DNA of 64,000 nucleotides from assembly GCA_035221665.1 (NCBI GenBank), contig CM069133.1:99696001-99760000 (forward strand), in the 5' to 3' direction. Each line of letters opens with the position of its first letter. The first letter of the stretch is position 1. Source of the stretch: Okamejei kenojei. Lineage: Eukaryota. This document shows, one piece after another, positions 50,694-63,070 of the stretch. The translations under genes were made by a program, and so were the position numbers. The notes beneath the pieces were generated by a model. It did no database searches and had not been told where the DNA came from. It saw nothing but the letters and a program-made list of their open reading frames with translations.

Positions 50694-50754
50694 ATTCCTT
50701 CGCTCTTCAGATGCTGCCACACCCGCTGAGTTTCTCCAGCATTTTTGTACATCA

Positions 50755-51045
50755 GAATTAAAGGACATTCTTTTGGGAAGGAGATGAGGAGAAATGTCTT
50801 TAGTCAGAGGGTGGTGAATCTGTGGAATTCTTTACCACAGAAGGGTGTGGAGGCCAGGTCAATGAATATTTTTTAAGGCAGAGGTAGATAGATTCTTCAT
50901 TAGTACAGGTGTCAGGGGTTATGGGGGGAAGGCAGGAGAATGGATTTAGGAGGGAGAGATAGATCAGCCACGATTGAATGGCGGAGTAGTCTTAATGGGC
51001 CAAAAGGCCTAATTCTACTCCTGGTAATTATGACCTTATGACCAT
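50755..51045 (+). mobile_element. CR1 3' end
   Basis: EMRRNVFSQRVVNLWNSLP; CR1 3' UTR. Confidence 0.85.
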
Positions 51046-52212
51046 ATGAGGATGTTTTTCACAATGTATCATGGATCACAATCTGTGTGTTTCCCAGTGG
51101 CATTGCCAATGGAGATCACAGTTACTAAGTCATTGTTAGGAAGTGAGTCACCCCTTAAAGAACACTCTTCATGGCAGCTACAAAACAGCAGTGTGATAGA
51201 TTACCAAGGAAGTGAAGGAAAATTAATCCGGTGAAGAGACAGATCCCTATCCTTTGTGACGATGTTGGGGTTGAATCCACCCTTTTGCTGTGAGTGCTCC
51301 AAGCAACTGCGAAGTACGTGCTTTTCAAGTTATTTGAAGTGAGATTCTTGCACTGAGGTGCATATTACAGGGTTTTGCAATGATTGTCAGTGAAGCTTAT
51401 AGACAAATTGGTGCACAGAAAAATTGAGCCTTGCTGAACCCGTGGAGGCTCTTTAATTCACATACCTTTGCTCTTGCGAAGTTTGTTCCTTGTTTCACTG
51501 TGGGTGGAAAATGTTGAATGCAGGCCGCAACTTTAACAACCAATTTCCATCAGTAAATTCGGAACTGGCTGTTCCACACTTGCTGACATCATTAAGTGTC
51601 AGTTAAATGCCAGGACTTGTGAAGACGAATCACATCCAAAAGTGCTCAGACCAAATTCCCAATGGTCATTAATACACACCAACATGACCTAACATGACTT
51701 TTTATGCACAAGTCGTCCAAAGACACATAAGCAAATGAATCCTGTATTTTGGGCAAGAATAATTAGAAAGTAATCAAAGACTCTCTGTACACTGTAGGAA
51801 TCTGTAACACATTGTTTATGCTCTAAATGAATAACATTTAACGGCTAGAAAAATTTGTTGTGCACATTCAAAGCTGTAGCGTCAGAATCTTCTGTTGGTT
51901 ATGAGGTCTCAAAGTGGAGCCAAGCAAAGTAAATTTTGTTTTTCCTGCCTTGGATCTCTATCTAAAAATATTAGCCTCGTCTCAGATTTTAATTACATCA
52001 TCATGGAATACTTTAAAAAATTCTGCCTCTGCTGAAGGCTACTTAAAGTTTCAAATCTTAAGGTAATTATTGCTTCTATTCCTTTGGAGCCAAGAATATA
52101 ACTTGCAATATGCAGCTTTTTTTAATTTGTCCATTAAAATCAAAGGTGAAATTCTTCAAACTTCAATGTAATACATTCAATGTACACATCAAAATAAACA
52201 ATTGTATTGCAA

Positions 52213-52316
52213 GGGTACACAAAATGCTCGAGAAACTCAGTGAGTAGCATCTATGGAGCGAAGGAGATAGGTAGCGTTTCGGGCCGAAACCCTTCATTAG
52301 ATCCTGTATTGTATAG
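52213..52316 (-). mobile_element. Solo Penelope pLTR with flanking direct repeat
   Basis: Reverse pLTR with mutated hammerhead (ctaatgaagggtttcggcccgaaacgct); acaattgtattgcaa at 52198-52212 and 52317-52331. Confidence 0.75.
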
Positions 52317-52484
52317 ACAATTGTATTGCAACCCCATCTCCAGAATAAAATAAAATGGTTCCCATTAATAATTAAGAAAATTAGAAGGAGGTCAACCCTG
52401 GTCACTTTGAATTCTTCTCAACTGCTATCTACAGATGACTACTTGCACGGTTTGGGATAATGTTAATCGTACATGTCACAACAA

Positions 52485-52700
52485 CAGTGATTGATATCTG
52501 GAATGCACTGCCAGAAGAGATGATGGAATCAAATACAATCACTACTTTTAAGAGGTATTTACATTGGCATTTAAAAAGGCAAGGCAGAGAAGGCCAAGGA
52601 AATAATGCAGATAAATAAGATTAGTGTGGATGGGTAAAAGGTCAACATGGATTTAGTGGGCCAAAGACACTGTTTCTGTGCTGCACAACTTTGTGACCTT
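52485..52700 (+). mobile_element. Old CR1 3' end
   Basis: IWNALPEEMME...FKRYL; degenerate 3' UTR. Confidence 0.65.
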
Positions 52701-55700
52701 GTAACAAGTTAAAGCTTCTGGTTTTGACTGTGAAAATTCATTCAACAGAAACGGAAATATCTCACTGCTTCAAACAAACAACCAATTACAGTTGGGTTCT
52801 GGTCATGGATACAACCAGAGACCACTGTAAACATATTCAGGTATGGCTGCGCTCACTGAAAGAATGTGTCTTGATTGAGTCCCTTTGATGCTGAAGTAAA
52901 AACGCAGCATAGAAAGGCAATGCCTTTACTCCCTGTTCAAATATATCACTCCCAGGTCACAGTTCAGTGACATGTGGACTACATTTAAATCGTTTGGAGA
53001 GCCAGCAACTACCACTTGGAAGGGAAACTTATTTGATCATACTTAACAGTCCTTCATAATTTTTAATGCTTCCTTTGCCATAAATAGTAACAATAATATA
53101 TTCATAAATCCTTCAATTATAGTAACAATCTGGAAGCACATTGAATAACACTTGACAGTTTTTTACAGGCAAATTAGAAGGTCGAAGTTGGGAAACCCAG
53201 CAAGAGCTATCTCTTGACTGCCCGGACTCGCTAACCCATCAACTGTACATAAATAAGATAAATAACTACAGTACATTTTATCGATAGCAAATTCTGCAGC
53301 CACGATGTAACAGCAGTGTGGGGAATTAATGTTTAAGATGCTGGATGGAATACCTGTCAAGTGTATCCCATCCAGTTGTTTATTGGTGATTTGTATATTG
53401 TTCCAATTGTTTATTAGTAATTTATTAACCCTGGATAGGTTCTCGCTGTGTGAAGATTGTCATTTGCTCAGCACTTTTGCAGCACAAATGCCATTTTCCA
53501 CCTAACAGCCCTATTTTGAATATTTTCTAGACCGTGTTGCATGTAGGCATGAATAACTTTATTTGCTGAAGAAATGTAAATGCAATTGATCAATGTGCAA
53601 TCATTAATGATCATAGCAATGTCTGCCCTTATACGGCAGCAAAAGCTATTGATGAAGCAACAAGAGGTGGTTGGAACATGGACACTGCCTTGAGACCTCC
53701 TGTACTAATGTCCTGGGTCTGGGCAAAACCTCAACCTTTCCATTATTGTAACCCTATTAGCAATGCAAACATATTCAATCTATCCTCAAATAATACTGGG
53801 CCCTGCTCTTCCAATGTAACTTTGTTGGAAGGAAAGAATAAAGTCAGTGAAAATATTCCAATGAGTGAAGCCCCAAAGGCATTTGGAGCCTTATGTTTCT
53901 GCACTGTTTATTATCTCCAACAATTATTCAATATTGCTGCACAGCTGTTGCTATTTCTCAGCATATTGGGACACTTCAAAACTATCCCTGTTTTCTAATA
54001 TGATAGCCAATCACTTATTTGTTTAAATTATTTTCAGTACATACTAGTGTAAGACATATCAGAATTTACTATCTGGCGAAGTTTGGATAGCTGATTCCAA
54101 CAGGCTTTATTTACATCAGTGATGTCAGCTGCCTCATGTGTCCGTGCTGAATGGGCTGAACTGAACTCTATATGTGATGGAGCTCTCCACACTGCAGTGG
54201 CTTGTGACTTCCCAATTCTTGTAGTGTCATTCAATAAATTCAGTAAAATAATTTGTACTTACTATAAGTTGATATTTTTTGTCCATTTAGTTTCTGAGAC
54301 AATTTTCATATGTACCTACAGGGAGATATTTTGCAGCCACTTATCATCTACTAATTTATCCCAAAATGAACTGAGGCAGTTAAGATGAACAATGAGGACA
54401 AGTGAAAACTAAATTCTTCCATTATCAACTTACACATGAGCTCAGTGTGCCATAAACATTTCAGAGCATAGTACAGATTGGTTGGCAGGTTTTGGTGCAA
54501 TTAATGATATCCATTGGGTTTGATGTGCCCTATTGTGTTTCATCATTGAAGTGATGCCAGAATGATCAGTAGGGACTGTCTGCATCTGGTGCTATAGCAG
54601 CCGCCATAACCTGCCAGCCCAGTAATCAACTGCCTCTGGCATAAGATATAACTTGGGTTTAATACAATCTGTTCCCACAGTGAAGCAACACTAATCTTCA
54701 GTGTTCTTTGTGTTTATTGGGTTCCAAGCACGTTGCAGTTAATGTACTTCTGTTATAGCATTTTGGTACATTCTCTCCTGCATTTGTAGACCTTGTCCAA
54801 ACTTCCACCCCATGCTCACTAATTGTATCTTCTGTTAAAATGCTATTTTATAATCTTGAGATTTTAAAGAATGCAATGTAAATTCCAAACACCATAACAT
54901 TACCGATGTTTTGTGTTCATATCCTGTTTGTCAATTTGTAATAGGTAGAGATGATAAAATATGGGTGACCTCTCCAGGAGACACAAATGCAATCCACACA
55001 AAGACAAGATATTTAACAGTAATCCCATTGCTTGGACTAAACATAAGATGTAATAGCATATTTGTCTTGCACTCCGTTTCTGACATTTAATTATATTGAA
55101 ACCAATGGAACATGATTTCAGAAATAAAATATAATGTCTATGTTACCATTTTGCATGTCTAGCACATGCGACCAAGAATACATTTCTATCTCATATTTTT
55201 TTATTATGAAAGTAGCTCAATCGGTGTATTGTCTCCAAAGTCAATATACAAGTTAGGAAAATATATAGCACAGAGATTTACTGAGGGCAGCAAATTATTC
55301 CACATTTTTTATATGAACTCTGTTAAATTTAACTTTTTAGACTTTTTCTGCATTGTCTCTTCTTGAAGTCTCCATTGGTCAAAGGATAATTATGGTTCAC
55401 AGCATAATGGTCAGAAAAGGTGCGGAAATATTCAGGGTTGGGATGACCCAGAAGGAAAGCCAGAGTTAGTAGTTTGTTTTTTAAGATCCTATCCTGGCTA
55501 GGGTTGCCATCAGTCCGGGTTATACAGGGCTTCCTATATCTGAAAGCAAACTTGGATTTTGATTTGAGAAGCCAATGTTCCTAAGTAGCTAATAAGGGGG
55601 TTAGAGAGCAGGACTCCCAGCCCAACCCAAGAGTCATAGGAGAATCCAGTGAACAAATCGCACAGCCTACAATACAAGGTTTCCGCTAGGTAGGCAAAGC

Positions 55701-58348
55701 TAAAATTGTCCACTGAGGGAAGAGATACTATAAGGTCTGTCAATGATTGATATTATTAGTTATGTTCTGCACTAACATTATAAAGATTATAATGACACAT
55801 ACATTTCTATAATTAGTTTGCAAACTTTTGTTGTTCAAGTGTGGTTTAAAGTTATTTGGTATGTGTTCTATCTGTTGGACGAGAAATTAGATCCAATACA
55901 CCTTATGTCTATGTTTATGATACATAAGGTATGTGATGTGTGGCTCATCTGTCCACAGAGTCAGGTGGATGAACAAAATAGCCCAATCTAGCCCAACATT
56001 AGGAATAAATGAAAAAATATTTGGTGTGTACAGTCTTTTACAAAGGGAGATCACACATCAAGTTGTTTATTTTGATTTCTTTTCCACTATCAATTGTGAT
56101 ATGTTATCTCCTCTTTGCCTTTCACCACCACCTGATCTGTCATCGGATGGATGTTTTCTCTCCCTACAAGGCAATAGAAGTGGTCTCCCTGGTAGTCTGG
56201 TCCTTTCAGAGCTGGAAAGAAGATCAAAAGGCAAACATGCACCAGATGTCACAAGACTCATGTAGAGCTCCTTTCCACTGCTTGCTGAGACTGTGCTGGA
56301 TTCCACTAAGCAGCCAATTGGCCAGGGAAGAATTATATATATTCCCTATTGTATTTCAACACAGCCCAGCGGAGGCAGTCAATTAGGCCTTAACGATATA
56401 GACCAAAACCCAAATAAACATGTCGATGAAATGTAAGAAAATACCCGATTAGTCTTGTACATTTGAGTTCGTAAGTGATATTCATTGGGCTTCATGTTGC
56501 CTTCTAGAGCTAATTGCTCTGGGTGATGCAGTTGCACAGGCAAAATAAGCCAATCCAAGCCTCAAAGCTCCTCCACTAAAAGGGCATCACTGTAATAGTG
56601 GTATCTGTTGCCTGATTATTTCTCAACTATTTTGAAATTGCTCACTGTGCCTTTTTTCAACATTGTACATCTGCATGTTTGACAACAGACTAAATGACCA
56701 GTATTTTAATTTATTAATATCATGTAATTTACAAAAGCCCTAAACGGGGTCCGTGCTGAGGCCTCCCTACAGATAAACACCTCCCTAGATTATTTTGATC
56801 TGCTTTGGACATGGGTAAAATCTAATTAAAACAAATCATGAAAGGACTTTGCTTGATGAAATCCACAACTGACAAAGCCTTACCCATGGCAACATCCAGC
56901 GAGGTTGGAGCACAAACAAAGGATATAAAATTAAAAAATATATATATGATTGAAAGTTGAAATATTTTAAAGCACTTAAAACAAGTAGAAATAAAAACAT
57001 TTGATTCAAGAATTGTAAATTACTTAAAAAAAAAAAAATCTTCAGTCTTCATCTCTGTTCTCTGGAGGAGCACCCTTGTGGAGCTTTGCCTTAAAGGGAC
57101 TAACACCAGAGCTCCCCCACTTGTCCTGTCCTCTTTTGGGGCCAATAGCCCCAAAACAACATTCTACAGTACCCAGGATATGGATGTCTGAGCTAGCAAT
57201 TGCAAGCGTCAGATCAAAAGCGAGGGCCTTATTCTTCAACATTTTGGTACTCACCTATCAGCTTGTTTTCACAATTGACGCCAAACTTAAGTGCACATTG
57301 GAACAGCTGTTTTTTTATATCATGACTGTACAGCACAGTAATTATAAAAGTAACACATTTAAGACAACATACCCACACATAGTACAATAAAACCCCAACA
57401 GGATTAATTTACAGAAGGAAAACAAGCACAGCATAAAATAAAAATGTTTAATGGACCAAACTTGGAACAAGTGGTGTGTTGTTTTACAACAATTAATTGC
57501 AAATAAATACATTGCCTTGTATTCCTGTGGGTCTGAATATGATAGGCTTTTCCAACATGACTATTGTGCTGTGCAGCACACAGTAACTCTTTTTTTATGA
57601 TGAGAGTGCATTACCATATCATTGCATAATACAGCCACACAGCTTCAGCAAATCATTCAGTTATTTCTCAACATTGTTTTCAATCTTACTTTTCTTTATT
57701 TAGTGGGTTTATGCCCTAAATAAGAATTTAAATTAATCAAAATAAAAACATATTTCACCATTGCACAAAGCAATGCTTCATCTGAATGTGTCCTTCTATG
57801 CCTTCAGTTTAGTTCTGCTGCTGAGAGGAACATGGATTGGACTGGTTTTATTGGGATATGGGCCAAATACCAAATCAGGTGAGACTAGAGTAGGCAAGTG
57901 GTCAATGCCAGCAAGTTGGGCCAAAGTGCCAGTTTCCTTGCTGTATGGCTCAATGACTCTACAACTATATCTGGAGCAATTAGAATATCACCCATTTTGC
58001 CAAAAGAAGACTATTATTATTTGTTTAATTGTATGAACAGATAACTGGTGGGTCAATTAAAGACAATAGACCATAGCCAATAGGTGCAGGAGTAGGCCAT
58101 TTGGCCCTTCAAGCCAGCACTGTCATTCAATGTGATCATGGCTGATCCTCCACAATGAGACAATTGAGACAATTCTCTCACAACCAAATCAAGAGTTATC
58201 TGATTTCGGGACGTGAAGAAAAAAACGATGATACCTCATCTGATGGATTATGAATTCCAATACTAACACAGTGTTCAGAGGTAGAGCACTGTGGCCCAGC
58301 CCGGCCAAACACACACACTACAAGAACAAAAATAGATTGATGCCACAC

Positions 58349-59070
58349 ATCTTCTTCCCCTTCTTTTTAGGCAGTCCCTTGGAATTGAGGTTGGCTAACT
58401 CCCACCATGGTTTTGTTGGATCTGAGGTGGCAAATGAGGCCAGTGTTGTTGGAACCACAGACATTTGCACAGATATGCCAAGGGGTGGATAATGAGTGAG
58501 TGGTTGTGAGGTGGTCTGCTTCTTCTGATGCTTACGTAGGCCCTATATGTGTGTTCTCAGTGCATGGCCTTGAATACCATCCCAAATGTTTCTTCCTAGT
58601 TCCTAATTCCTAGAACTTCCCAAGTGTCAGTGAGAATGTTGCACTTCTTCAGGGTAGCTTTGAAAAATTATTGAATAATTTCCTCTGCAATCCGGGTCAC
58701 TTTCTCCCATGACAGAGTTCAGTATAGAGTGTTTGTTTTGGGAGTCTCGTGTCAGGCATGTGACCAATGTAACACCTCCAACATAGTCAACTGAACATAA
58801 CCAGGGATATTGCCCGGGAGAGATAATTGGCATTAACACTTTTGTACTTCAATTAGATTTGGAGAATTTTGCCAGCATAGGTGGGATTTTCCAGTGCCTT
58901 GAGATGTCTGCTTGCGGTAGTCCAGAAACATGTAGGAGTCCAGGATCGCTGCTGTCCTGCGGAACATGAGTTTGTGCCAAGTAAGGTCTTAATCTTCAAA
59001 TAGCCTTTTCTTCCATTGACCAAAGGATGAGCTGGTGTGTCAAAGGTGATTTTTATCATCAGTATTTACC
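58349..59070 (-). mobile_element. RTE-clade LINE 3' remnant
   Basis: ttcttc...taggcagtcccttgg RTE-type end on the plus strand; minus-strand SWTPTC...RHLKALE...KILQI. Confidence 0.65.
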
Positions 59071-59500
59071 TCTGTCAAGAAATAATGAAATACCCAATTT
59101 AACTGAAGCTCTTAAATGAACATTAATGTCACAATTCCCTGTGCTGGCAAATATTCTCCCAACAACTTTCCATACAGCAAGAGAGCTTGTATATTTTCAT
59201 GCAAATGCAAGTGTATAAGATATTTAAAAATGGCTCATTTTGCCTGTCAGATTGCAATCAACAAATAAAGCACTATTTCAATTTCCAGTAAAATTCTGCA
59301 TCAAAATATTTTACCAAGCCGAAAAGAGCTCCAGATTCAAGATCTTAACATTGCATCTTTGATACTCCTCAGCAACGCTAATGTCTATTCAAACAGAGCC
59401 GTACATCAACTGGCTGATGTATACACAGCAATGTAAATCATTGCCAGTTCTCTCCAATATAAACAATGGATTATTTGGTAAAAAAAATAGATTGCCTTCT

Positions 59501-60735
59501 TAAAGTAAAGTAAAGTAAAGTAAAGTATCCTTTATTGTCATTCAGACCTTTAGGTCTGAATGAAATCTTGTTGCCTTGCAGTCATACATTTAATAAAATA
59601 ACAAAACACACAATAAACACAAATTTACATCCACCACAGTGAGTTCACCAGGCACCTCCTCACTGTGAAGGCAAAAGTCTTAAGTCTTTGTCTCTTCCCT
59701 CCTTGCTCTCCCTCTGCGCTGAGGCGATCCATGCCTCCGAAGTTGTGACGCCACCGGGTGATGGTAAGTAAGTCCCGCGGCTGTATCCGAGCTCCGCGAA
59801 TGGGCTGGTTCAAGCTCCGCAGCCCGGGGTGGTTGAAGCTGCCGAAGCTGCCGCCCTCCAGTCCAGCGGACGAAGCTGTTGCCGTGGGAGCTCCGGAAAA
59901 ACAGGTCACCAACCTGTGACTTGCGAGCTCCCGACGACGTCTGCTGGGCCCGCGGCCGAACCTCCGAGGTCGGGCTGCCATCACCACCGGGCCACCTCCT
60001 CAGCCCCGAGTCAGGCCGTCGCCGCCAGGACACCTCCCCAGCCCCGAGCCAGGCCAGTCACCGTCGGGACACCTCCCCAGCCCCGAGCCAGGCCCTCACC
60101 ACCGCCGGGACACCTCCTCAGCCCCGAGCCAGGCCTTCACCGCTGGGACACCTCCTCAGCCCCGAATTGAGCCGCCGTACCGCCGGGACACCTCCCCAGC
60201 CCCGAGCCAGGCCAGTCACTGCCGGGACACCTCCACAGCCCCGAGTCAGGCCGTCGCCGCCGAGACACCTCCCCAGCCCCGAGCCAGGCCAGTCACCGCC
60301 GGGACACCTCCACAGCCCCGAGCCAGGCCCTCACCACCGCCGGGACACCTCCCCAGCCCCGAGCCAGGCCAGTCACCGCCGGGACACCTCCCCAGCTCCG
60401 AGCCAGGCCGTCACCGCTGCCGGAATCCGCCACAGCCCCGAAGTCTGCCAGCCTCGCGCTGGTAAGTTCTGGCTGGCTCTGCCTCCGGAGCATCGGATCG
60501 GTCGCAGTTGGAGGCCGCCAGCTCTGCCATTAGGCCTCAGCGCAGATGGAGACGGGGGATACGACAAGAAAAGTCGCATCCCCCCCGAAGGAAAGGACTA
60601 AGACACATTTCTCCCCCCACCCACACACATACACACCCTAATAACTCAAATTAACTAACTAAAACAGGACAAGGACAACAACAAAAAAGAAAAAACAGAC
60701 GGACTGCAGGCTAGGGCAGCGCCGCCACTATGGAG
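59501..60735 (-). mobile_element. GC-rich non-autonomous retroposon with Rex1-like 3' end (copy 3), with internal minisatellite
   Basis: Minus strand: ggcggcgctgccctagcctgcagtccg head; 12-bp 3' hairpin at 59538-59563; AATAAA; (CTTTA)n tail. Confidence 0.75.
59985..60440. repeat. GC-rich minisatellite, about 11-12 units of 38-41 bp
   Basis: Unit approximately cacctccccagccccgagccaggccagtcaccgccggga. Confidence 0.92.
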
Positions 60736-61199
60736 GATTAGCAATACTACACAAACTCTATCATGAAACCATGAGAGTTTCCTGGCAGAACTCTATATTT
60801 GAAATTTAGCACCTGAAAGATTCCTCTTATAACGGGTTTTTTCCCACTCAGGGGCCATTCAGGCAACAATGCTAATGGTAGTTTTTCAGCTTCTTGGATC
60901 CAAATATGTGTGAGTTGGCAAGTTAATTGGCCACTATAAATTGCCCTTCGTATGAAAGTAAGTCACGAGGCGGGGAGTAGGATGGAATAAAAGGGAATTA
61001 ACGTAAAAGGTTGCTTGATAGTTGGTTGATATTCAGTGGACCAAAGAGCTTACTTCCATGCTGTATGACTCCATTACTTTCTACACAGCAGCATTCATTA
61101 TAATAATTTGGAAAAATAAGTGATTTAAAAATAAAAATGCAAACTTGTGTTCGACTTTAATTGTGTTGTGTGTGGGAGAGAACATGAATGAATAACTAC

Positions 61200-61680
61200 A
61201 TTTACTGGGAGTACATTTCCTTCCAGGAGAGGTTGGATAAACCGGGATGGTTTTCCCTGGAGCATCAGTGTTTAAGGGAGTATATAAAATTATGAGCCAT
61301 AATAGGGTAGACAATCAGAACATTTTTCCCAAGGGAGAAATGACAAAGGCTAGAGGACATACCGTAAGGTCAAGTGAGGTGGCGTGGGGGAGCTGCGGGG
61401 AGGTGGAGGGGCATGGAGTGTAAAGGAGACGTTCAGGGCAAATCCTTTTACACAGAGAGTGGTGGGTGTCTGGAATATGCTGATTTAGTGGTGTTGGAAG
61501 CAGATATGATAGTGGCATTTAAGAGGCTTCTAGATGGACACACGAATATAAAGGGAATGGAGGGATTTAGATCAGATGCAGGCATTGATTAGTTTAACAT
61601 GGCTTCATGTTGGGCACGGACATGGTAAGGTGAAGGGCCTGTTTCTGTACTGTACTGTTCTATGTGCTATGTTCTATTCT
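61200..61680 (+). mobile_element. Old CR1 3' fragment
   Basis: KGDVQGKSFYT...FKRLLDGH; ttctatgt tail. Confidence 0.75.
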
Positions 61681-61878
61681 CCCCACATCCCATCAACTCT
61701 CCCCAGATTCTATCATTCACCTTCAAGTTTGATGAGATTTAGAAAGTACATTAACCAAGAATGAAACAAATGGATTATGGTCTGAAGATGAGAGAGAGAA
61801 GAACATGTATTTAATTTATCAATACACCTTTCTAATTTAATTTTGATTAAGAAGCAGCCAACGTTTGCAATCCATTCT

Positions 61879-62128
61879 GGGTGGCACAATGGCACTGCGG
61901 TAGAGTTGCTGCCTTACAGCACCAGAGGCCTGGGTTCGATCCTGACTACAGATGCTGTCTGTATGAAGTTTGCATATTCTCGCTGTGACAGTATGGGTTT
62001 TCTCTGGGTACCCTGGTTTCCTCCCCCACTCCAAAGACGTACAGGTTTGTAGGTTAATAACTGTAGCTTTGGTAAAATTGTAAATTGTCCCTATTGTGTA
62101 GAATAGTCCTAGTTTACAGAGTGATGGC
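61879..62128 (+). mobile_element. tRNA-derived V-SINE, 3'-truncated
   Basis: gggtggcacaatggc head; B-box ggttcgatcc; V-domain. Confidence 0.85.
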
Positions 62129-62244
62129 AGGGCCTGGACTGGATCCCAGGCAGCAGCCAAGCTGACGGCTGGAGTCCACAGCCAGGGCCGGGCAAAGTAT
62201 GAGAACCAGGCCCTGGCGCTCTACGACGGGTAGGTCCTGGGGCA

Positions 62245-62575
62245 GGGAATGGGAATGAGGGGAGGAGGATGAGGGAAATGAGGAGGAGGGAGATGGGGTG
62301 GGCAGTGGGGTGGTAGGGGAAGATGGGGGTGGGGGGCTGTGGAGGAGGGAGATGAGGTGGGGAGTTGTGGGCAGAGGGGAAAAATCCTGGTGAGGTGAGG
62401 AGGGAGAGTGGGGGGATTGAAGGAAAGGAGGGGGTAGGGAGGGTTGCTGCCACGTCTACATTCCCTCTCTCTCCTCCTCCCTTTCTACTATCTCCCTCCC
62501 TCTCTAGCCCCTCCCTGTCTACCCCCTCACTCCCACCCTCTCTAGCCCCTCCTCTCTGCCCCCCTTCCCTCTCTA
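62245..62575. repeat. Low-complexity polypurine tract followed by a polypyrimidine tract
   Basis: G/A-rich at 62245-62445 and C/T-rich at 62460-62575. Confidence 0.7.
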
Positions 62576-62667
62576 GGCAGATTAGTATCTGAATGGTGTC
62601 AGATTAGGAAAAGAGGAGGTGCAACGAGACTTGGGTGTGCTTGTGCATCAGTCACTGAAAGTGAGCA

Positions 62668-62765
62668 GGGGGGTTTACACAAAATGCTGGAGAAACTCAG
62701 CGGGTGCAGCAGCATCTATGGAGCAAAGGAGATAGACGACGTTTCCTATCTCCTTTGCTCCATAG
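62668..62765 (-). mobile_element. Penelope pLTR fragment with snap-back hairpin
   Basis: Reverse pLTR followed by a perfect 20-bp inverted repeat 62716-62735 / 62746-62765. Confidence 0.8.
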
Positions 62766-62928
62766 TGCACCAACAACTTCTCCTGGACTTCCCATATTGA
62801 AGCAACGACCAAGAAAGCACACCAATGCCTCTACCTCCTTAGAAGGTTTAGGAAGTTCGGCATGTCCACTACAAATCTCACCAACCTTTACAGATGTACC
62901 ATAGAAAGCATTCTATCACAATGGTTCA

Positions 62929-62981
62929 GGGGTGGAAGATTGCAACCTTCACATGGTCCGCACTGTTTCGACGAATGCAAT
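62929..62981 (+). ncRNA. HDV-like (CPEB3-type) ribozyme fold, copy 2
   Basis: P1 GGGGUGG/CCGCACU (1 mismatch), P2 AUUGCA/UGCAAU, P3 ACC/GGU, L3 UUCACAU, GU-UUCGA, J4/2 CGAA. Confidence 0.78.
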
Positions 62982-63070
62982 CAACCCGGCGTGCACAATC
63001 AAATAAGATCAAATAGAACAAGTTGTCCTACAACTTTAGGTTGTGCACGCCAGATGCAAGAAGAAGAAGG
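62929..63070 (+). mobile_element. 142-bp ribozyme-headed retroposon (probably Vingi/Ingi-dependent), copy 2
   Basis: 8-bp TSD atggttca (62921-62928 / 63071-63078); (AAG)n tail. Confidence 0.88.

Larger units (their letters stand above)
48746..50750 (+). mobile_element. Penelope-like element (RT and GIY-YIG endonuclease) between two direct pseudo-LTRs
   Basis: FFLLPKVHK...GRPIV, MDVQSL, MGTCTGPSYA, RRYIDD, LPFLD, NLIYCICC...YIGE; ~95-bp direct repeats 48746-48840 and 50659-50750; frameshifted. Confidence 0.94.

Noticed and set aside
55499-55540. tagggttgcca hAT-like terminus (a similar reversed motif lies near 31895)
   Set aside because: No matching partner TIR or TSD found nearby
59879-60601. 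240-aa proline-rich ORF, or a CRISPR-like array
   Set aside because: Translation of a head-to-tail minisatellite; no unique spacers and no cas genes
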